Positions 7,137 to 11,713 of a DNA stretch of 11,713 nucleotides are shown here, one piece after another. This stretch comes from Gemmatimonadota bacterium (GTDB taxonomy: Bacteria; Gemmatimonadota; Gemmatimonadetes; Gemmatimonadales; GWC2-71-9). Location: positions 1 to 11,713 of the forward strand of contig JAZDCZ010000395.1 in NCBI GenBank assembly GCA_036679605.1, written 5' to 3'. Within the stretch, counting starts at the first letter, position 1. Every line of letters begins with the position of its first letter. The notes beneath the pieces were generated by a model. The model searched no databases. It saw only the letters and a list, made by a program, of their open reading frames with translations, and was not told where the DNA came from. Made by a program: the position numbers and the translations under genes.

Positions 7137-7354
7137 CCGACCGTGTTCGCTTGAGCAGCGAGGCGCAGACCGAGCTTGCTGAGGCGATTCGTTGGTGCGA
7201 GGAACAACGCCCCGGGCTTGGGGGCGAGTTGCTTGCCGCTGTACGCCACACCCTGTCGTTGATCGCACGCCGACCGGAGTTAGGTGGTTCGGTTCTCGTC
7301 GTCGCCGCAGCTCACCTGAAACGTCGTCCCGGGTATTGGAAGAGCCGCACATGA
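7133..7354 (+). CDS. RelE/ParE family toxin with a probable internal in-frame deletion
   Basis: VRLSSEAQTELAEAIRWCEEQRPGLG...PELG joined directly to SVLVVAAAHLKRRPGYW. Only 73 aa, lacking the usual central RR..RFPY..Y segment. Confidence 0.8.
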   Translation: MTDRVRLSSEAQTELAEAIRWCEEQRPGLGGELLAAVRHTLSLIARRPELGGSVLVVAAAHLKRRPGYWKSRT

Positions 7355-7359
7355 TGGAT

Positions 7360-7421
7360 GCCTAACCGATCGGCATGCAGCTGCGGCGCGAAGCGCCGTC
7401 AGCTGCATGCCGTTGTTAGAC
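7360..7421 (-). other. attC site (62 bp)
   Basis: GCCTAAC...CGGCATGCAGCTGCGGCGC GAA GCGCCG-T-CAGCTGCATGCCG...GTTAGAC hairpin. Confidence 0.92.
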
Positions 7422-7432
7422 TGCGATCTCGC

Positions 7433-8299
7433 TTACTTGGTGCCAACCGCAATGACGAGTTCGCATGGTCCTCTAAACCCCTCCTCGCTCTCGAACTCGC
7501 TAAATCTCTCCTCGATCTCCTGCCAGGCCTGATCTATTTCCTCGCCTGAAAGGCTGGACAGCATTTGATGAAGCGCGCCAAAGGACTCCTTTTCAAACAG
7601 GAGACATTCGGCAGCGGACTCAACTCGCAAGGGCGCGTCAACCACCTTGACATCCACGTCCTTGAAGCCAGCCTCAATGAAGGCTTCCTCAAGCACCTTG
7701 TCGCCCCCCAGGCTGAATGGACCCGGTTGCCCGGGCAGCGGCGGGGGGAGCTCCGCCCGGCGCCTGATGATCGAGACAGGGACAGAGAAGAAGGCGTTCT
7801 TTTCGGCCGTGGAGTAGACCATTGCCGCCACTTTGCCTCCCTCCTTGAGGGCATGTCGCATTCCAGCCAGCGCGCGCTGCTGATCAGGAAAGTAGATCAT
7901 GCCAACGCGTGAGATGACGGCATCAAATGACCCTGCCTCCAGTTCAACAAGATTCTCCCCATCCAACTCGCGAGTGTCCACGTTATCAAACCCGGCTTCC
8001 CGTGCCCGCGTCGCGGCAAACTCGAGAATGCTCGGAGAAAGATCCGTTGCCAGAATACGACCACTCGGACCAACCCGACTTGCCACGACCATCGTCTGAT
8101 CCCCAGCTCCGGCAGCGACGTCGAGAACGCGACTCCCTTTCCGGACCCCGGCCATATCGAGCATCATCTCCGTGGGTCCTCCGAGCCACTCGGACAAGAG
8201 TGATCCCCAGCGATGCCAGGCGTCGGCAGCCGATTCCCATTGCTGTAGAGTCGTTTGTTTGTACCGAATAGGATCAAACTTCGGCTTCTCATTCCCCAT
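7433..8299 (-). CDS. Class I SAM-dependent methyltransferase (UbiE/COQ5-like)
   Basis: VLDVAAGAGD, SFDAVISRVGMIYFPD, ALKEGGKVA and PGPFSLG motifs; RBS AGGAG; single-gene cassette 7366-8348. Confidence 0.92.
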   Translation of the reverse strand: MGNEKPKFDPIRYKQTTLQQWESAADAWHRWGSLLSEWLGGPTEMMLDMAGVRKGSRVLDVAAGAGDQTMVVASRVGPSGRILATDLSPSILEFAATRAREAGFDNVDTRELDGENLVELEAGSFDAVISRVGMIYFPDQQRALAGMRHALKEGGKVAAMVYSTAEKNAFFSVPVSIIRRRAELPPPLPGQPGPFSLGGDKVLEEAFIEAGFKDVDVKVVDAPLRVESAAECLLFEKESFGALHQMLSSLSGEEIDQAWQEIEERFSEFESEEGFRGPCELVIAVGTK

Positions 8300-8342
8300 C
8301 TGGTTTCTCCTGTGTGGTGTAAAGGTCCGATCATCGTCAGCG

Positions 8343-8404
8343 GTCTAACGTATCGGCGATAAGCGGCGGCGCGTAGCGCCGTCAGCTGCATGCTGTTGTT
8401 AGGC
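8343..8404 (-). other. attC site (62 bp)
   Basis: GTCTAAC...GTTAGGC. Shares GCGCCGTCAGCTGCATGC with attC 7360-7421. The upstream gene's TAA lies inside the R'' box. Confidence 0.9.
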
Positions 8405-9178
8405 TGGCAGATCGAAGGCGTCCGAAAAGGACGGCGGGACATCAGCATTCTTCTTTCCGGCCAGGGCAAAGTAGTAGATAGGCTCGCCCTCAAGCGAGTA
8501 GCGGTGCCTATACCGCTGCAGATGATAAAGATCCAGATATTCCGAAAAAATCAGTTCCCGAATGAAATGCGAGAACCCCGACTCGTCGCTCCGATCGAGG
8601 AAGGTTTCCTTTATGTTGAATGCAATCCAACCTTCTTTAGCGATGATATTGAATGCTTCAAGGAAAGCGCTTGCGGGAATATCGTCGAACCCAAGCGCTG
8701 CGACAGACACAAGACAATCGAGATCCCATCCGTTGAGTTCGTCGTGCTTCTCGTCACTGAGTTGGCAAAAATCGCAGACGTAGAAGGCGTCATATATACC
8801 TGGTCGATCTCTCTCAGTGGCATCCGCCGCCTCTGGAATGATATCGACCCCCACGAGTCTCGAGACACCATGCCGTTTCAGCTCTTCTCCGACCATCCCG
8901 TTGCCCGCGCCAAGATCGAGGACCCTCAACTGATTCAGATGCTGCCGAGACTGCGCGACTGAATACTTCAGGACATCCACAACCGTTGTTGGGGACTGGC
9001 ACTTCAGGCGATCGTACACCACCTGTTCATACAGACCCGGTATCTCGAATATGCGGTCATAGTCATGGAGACGAATTTTCTCCCGTGACCCTCCGTCTGT
9101 CAGGTAGAAATAGACCTCGTCTTGACGCAGTTCTCGAACGTCTGACGGTGGGAACTGGATTTGATGTCGCTGTTTCAT
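8399..9178 (-). CDS. Class I SAM-dependent methyltransferase
   Basis: LRVLDLGAGNGMVG, LVGVDI and DCLVSVAALG motifs; RBS AGGAG; single-gene cassette 8349-9206. Confidence 0.9.
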   Translation of the reverse strand: MKQRHQIQFPPSDVRELRQDEVYFYLTDGGSREKIRLHDYDRIFEIPGLYEQVVYDRLKCQSPTTVVDVLKYSVAQSRQHLNQLRVLDLGAGNGMVGEELKRHGVSRLVGVDIIPEAADATERDRPGIYDAFYVCDFCQLSDEKHDELNGWDLDCLVSVAALGFDDIPASAFLEAFNIIAKEGWIAFNIKETFLDRSDESGFSHFIRELIFSEYLDLYHLQRYRHRYSLEGEPIYYFALAGKKNADVPPSFSDAFDLPA

Positions 9179-9200
9179 TCTTGCTCCTAGGTCTCTGTCA

Positions 9201-9207
9201 GCCTAAC
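9201..9207 (-). other. Orphan R' core site (GTTAGGC) of an interrupted attC
   Basis: Minus strand GTTAGGCTGACAG matches the reverse complement of the cassette's far end (CTGCCAGCCTAAC) at 12 of 13 bases; no attC hairpin follows. Confidence 0.7.
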
Positions 9208-9502
9208 TAGTTCCCATCCCGAAACTGTAACCAGCTAGATTCAGAAGAGAAATTCGGGAAAGAGAAGGTGAAAACGGGGCGTTTTCCTGATGTTTGTGAT
9301 ATCAATAGTTCGTCATAAGCCACTGATATTACAAAGGAAAACAACCCCGATGGGAACCACCCTACGCCAACAACTCGCACTTGTCGAACCCTCCATTGAG
9401 CACGAGCACGCCAGCGACGAGTTGCACGAGATTCGCCGTCTGGTGGGCGAGCAGCCTGAGATTGCCGAGAACTCATCCACGCCGACCTGATTCGTGTGGG
9501 CT
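9208..9502 (+). mobile_element. Left-end remnant of an insertion sequence (ISNCY/IS5-like) with a transposase N-terminal fragment
   Basis: From ATG at 9350: MGTTLRQQLALVEPSIEHEHASDELHEIRRLVGEQPEIAE, frameshift, LIHADLIRVG. This resembles ISNCY-type transposase N-termini as I recall them. AT-rich leader with an inverted repeat at 9293-9335. Confidence 0.6.
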
Positions 9503-9510
9503 GGGCCTCG

Positions 9511-9852
9511 GTCGACAGCGCGCCTAGAAGCAGCTTCCGTGCGCAGGTACTGCAAAAGCCAAAACCTCTGGAACACAACTCGATGGGAGTCGGTGAGCTT
9601 GTGAGGTGACCTCAATATTTCTGCTAATGTTGAGGCATATGCGCGCTCTACAGCCTGAAGCTGTACTCTCTAGGTGTGGGTTCTCTCCATAAAAGTAGTC
9701 ATCAGAACATTGGTGCTTTACAGGAAGGAAGCGCCCTGGATGAACAATAGTTGGTCGATGTTAAATGAGTTGATGGCGCGACCAGCCTCGTCCAACGTGA
9801 AGGGACGCAAATAGCATCGCGGCACGAAGTGCTGATTCTTGTTTGTCGCCAT
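9511..9852 (-). pseudogene. DUF4238-family protein, N-terminal fragment with two frameshifts
   Basis: Hand translation from ATG at 9852: MATNKNQHFVPRCYLRPFT...AINSFNID...GA / PVKHQCSDDYFYGENPHLE / LQAVERAYASTLAEIL...FWLLQYLRTEAASRRAV. HFVPxxYLxxF and QxLRT are DUF4238 signatures. Confidence 0.8.
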
Positions 9853-9879
9853 ACGCCGTAGTAAGCCATCGCTGCATGT

Positions 9880-10027
9880 TCACGCGATGACGCGGCGGTT
9901 GCTCCCGGATTCGGCCCCTAACCACCTGCGTAGGTTGAATCTTTTCTGCTTCGGCCTCGCCTGGCTCAAGAATCTCGATCACGAAAGTTCGTTCGCATCT
10001 GCGACAAACGTATCGTTGCTTCTTCAT
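9880..10027 (-). pseudogene. Small zinc-ribbon-like protein with a damaged C-terminus
   Basis: RBS GAGG then MKKQRYVCRRCERTFVIEILEPGEAEAEKIQPTQV. The second CxxC is absent; shifted frames give VR.PN.GSNRRVIA*. As sequenced the frame reads on to 9761. Confidence 0.5.
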
Positions 10028-10049
10028 TTGTTGCCTCGCACGCTCCGAA

Positions 10050-11005
10050 CTACTGCTGCAACCCGCGAACAAAGACTTCCCAATAATACTCTGCGGCGCC
10101 CTCAGGCGTCAGCATTTCATCGTCGCGACGGCCGTGCATTGACATGCCCAGTGGCGACAGCCCGAGCGAGTAGCCATCATCAGTTGCTCGCATGCTTTCG
10201 TTGAAGCTGTTCGATGTGGCTGCCTCGTCATGAGAATATGCGATGTCGCCTGCAAATCCCGTAGCACGCCATATGCGGCAAGCGGCCCGCCGATCTCCGT
10301 TCTGATAAGCCGTGGCAATGAAGCTGTCCTTGTCAATACGGCGGAACCGGGCATCGATCCACTCGGCCCGCTTGCTTAGTTCGACCAGCGAGTTATCAAA
10401 ATAATTTGCGATATACTCGAAGGTATCATCCAGGAACTGGTCACGCGCGTGGTCATTGAACTCCCGCTTGACTCGAAGATTACTCGACCTCGGCGGGGAC
10501 GACTCCGCGGCAGCTGCCTCGCGTCGAGGAACGGCCAGGACACGAGATTCCACTCCGCTTTTCCCGAGACGTTCTGCCGCCGTTCGGATATCGCGCGTCA
10601 CGTCGACGAACGCGTCGTGTTTGTTCGAGTGCTTCGAAATTGGCCGGCCATCGCGTGGAGTGGCTCGAAGATGCCCGAACGCTAGTCCTCGCCAATCGCA
10701 CGGGTGAAGAATCACCGGAATGACCAAGCAGGAACCCTCCTCGTTGCGCTCGAGTGCGCGAGCCAGTTCCTTCTCGTAGCAATAGTCTGAACCGATGAAA
10801 TAGGGGCTGATGAGAAGTAGCACAATGTCAGCAGCTTCGAGATTCTGTTCGATCGCTGGGTCCAGCGGTTCGCCAGCCCCCCTCTACTACGTCGGTCGTG
10901 CCACACTTCGATCACGCGCTGCCGCTTCAGGCCGGACAGATGGACCTCTAGTTCAACGCGCAGGTCCTCATCCTCGTGAGCGTAGGAGATGAATACGTTA
11001 ACCAT
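10050..11005 (-). pseudogene. TIR-domain protein with a C-terminal domain of unknown function, one frameshift near 10880
   Basis: MVNVFISYAHEDEDLR...WHDRR / AGEPLDPAIEQNLEAADIVLLLISPYFIGSDYCYEKEL...VIPVILHPCDW. The frameshift is at a G6 run and may be a read error. ATG lies 5 nt past the attC R' box. Confidence 0.88.
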
Positions 11006-11010
11006 CGTAA

Positions 11011-11100
11011 GCCCAACGGCTCGCGGATGAGCGGCCGGCGCAAGACATCTCGCACGTCTCATCGACGATGGCGCCGGTCCACTCCATACGCATGTTAGGC
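11011..11100 (-). other. attC site (90 bp), paralog of 5719-5808
   Basis: GCCCAAC...GTTAGGC; 8 differences from the first copy by hand alignment. Confidence 0.88.
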
Positions 11101-11103
11101 CTG

Positions 11104-11713
11104 TCAGAACGTCTCGTTATTCTTGAGCCATTCTCCGACGACGGTGGCGTAGTCATTGAAGATCATTTCGGAGGGCTCAAGGTTCAGGCTGCGACCAATG
11201 GAAGGAAGCTTCTTCCTAAACTTCTCATAACGCCTCCAGATATGTGCGCCACCAGGTACCGCTCCCTCTCGTTGATGGCCACGAAGCCACTCCCTGACGA
11301 CGCGAATCGCGATTCTTGGGTCGTTGTTGTGCACGGCGATGTCCTGTCCAGAGATATCAGACAGGAATTGCTGGTAGCGATACCGATCTCGGTCGACGAC
11401 TAGGCACGCCCGATTCATCTTTCGCGCCAATCCCTCCGAGAAAGAGGCCGAGTTCGAATGGCATATTGAAGCGCGGGAGCCCGGTCGTTCGGTTAAGTCC
11501 TGTTCGCGAGATGTCGTGATACCCAAATCTGCATTCGTCAATTATACGGACGATCTTCTCGAAGCGAACTTCGGCCGTATTCGTGATTTCTAAGGCAGAT
11601 CGAGGAACGAAGCCGCAGTCGAAGACGGCGAACACCACGGCGTTGAAAATCCGCCTGTATGCTCGATCGAACGGGCAGTTTATGAAGACATTCTGCTCGT
11701 ATTCTGCGGCGCC
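11104..11713 (-). pseudogene. TIR/NDT-like protein copy 2, partial, with a 4-bp frameshifting insertion near 11431-11434
   Basis: Near-identical to 5812-6417; AATCCCTCCGAG here versus AATCCGAG in copy 1. Confidence 0.82.

Larger units (their letters stand above)
5719..11713 (-). mobile_element. Integron gene-cassette array (no intI in window; CALIN-like or distal part of a larger integron)
   Basis: Repeated gene-attC units. Each cassette's first bases complement its own R'' box (TTAGAC/GTCTAAC, TTAGGC/GCCTAAC). The array continues past the right edge and probably extends left in decayed form. Confidence 0.9.
11011..11713. repeat. Direct repeat of 5719-6417 (duplicated cassette, cut by the window end)
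   Basis: Colinear over about 700 bp; hand alignment gives about 23 substitutions plus one 4-bp insertion. Confidence 0.95.

Noticed and set aside
7360..8404. GC hairpins as intrinsic terminators or REP elements
   Set aside because: They are bounded by RYYYAAC/GTTRRRY boxes and lack U-tracts; attC explains them better.
8390..8962. 190-aa plus-strand ORF
   Set aside because: Antisense to a clear methyltransferase and starts inside an attC.
9610..9635. CCTCAATATT...AATGTTGAGG inverted repeat
   Set aside because: Lies within the DUF4238 coding remnant and has no attC boxes.
9916..9922. CCCTAAC as a cassette boundary
   Set aside because: Inside the zinc-ribbon coding sequence, with no partner arm.
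1..11713. Integron integrase, CRISPR array, tRNA or rRNA genes
   Set aside because: No tyrosine recombinase motifs in any ORF; the repeats are separated by whole genes rather than short spacers; no RNA gene pattern seen.

Overview
GC-rich bacterial accessory DNA that reads as an integron gene-cassette array, with cassettes running on the minus strand and no integrase or clear attI inside the window. Five well-formed attC sites (5719-5808, 6788-6873, 7360-7421, 8343-8404, 11011-11100) and one IS-interrupted site (9201-9207) bound several cassettes. These are a two-gene cassette (highly basic tandem-repeat protein plus a TIR/nucleoside-deoxyribosyltransferase-like protein, with the latter gene present again at the right edge), an inverted toxin-antitoxin cassette, two SAM methyltransferase cassettes, and a TIR / zinc-ribbon / DUF4238 unit cut by an IS remnant. 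The left 5.7 kb holds cassette-type genes (truncated GST fused in frame to a GFA gene, SnoaL pseudogene, SRPBCC, pRiA4b ORF-3, RHH-RelE TA, ICMT, lipoprotein, methyltransferase, membrane protein) but only degenerate attC relics, suggesting array decay by deletion. The most interesting items are two candidate anti-phage modules. Family calls come from motif recognition by eye, not database searches. Several frameshifts between 9.4 and 11.5 kb may be sequencing errors.
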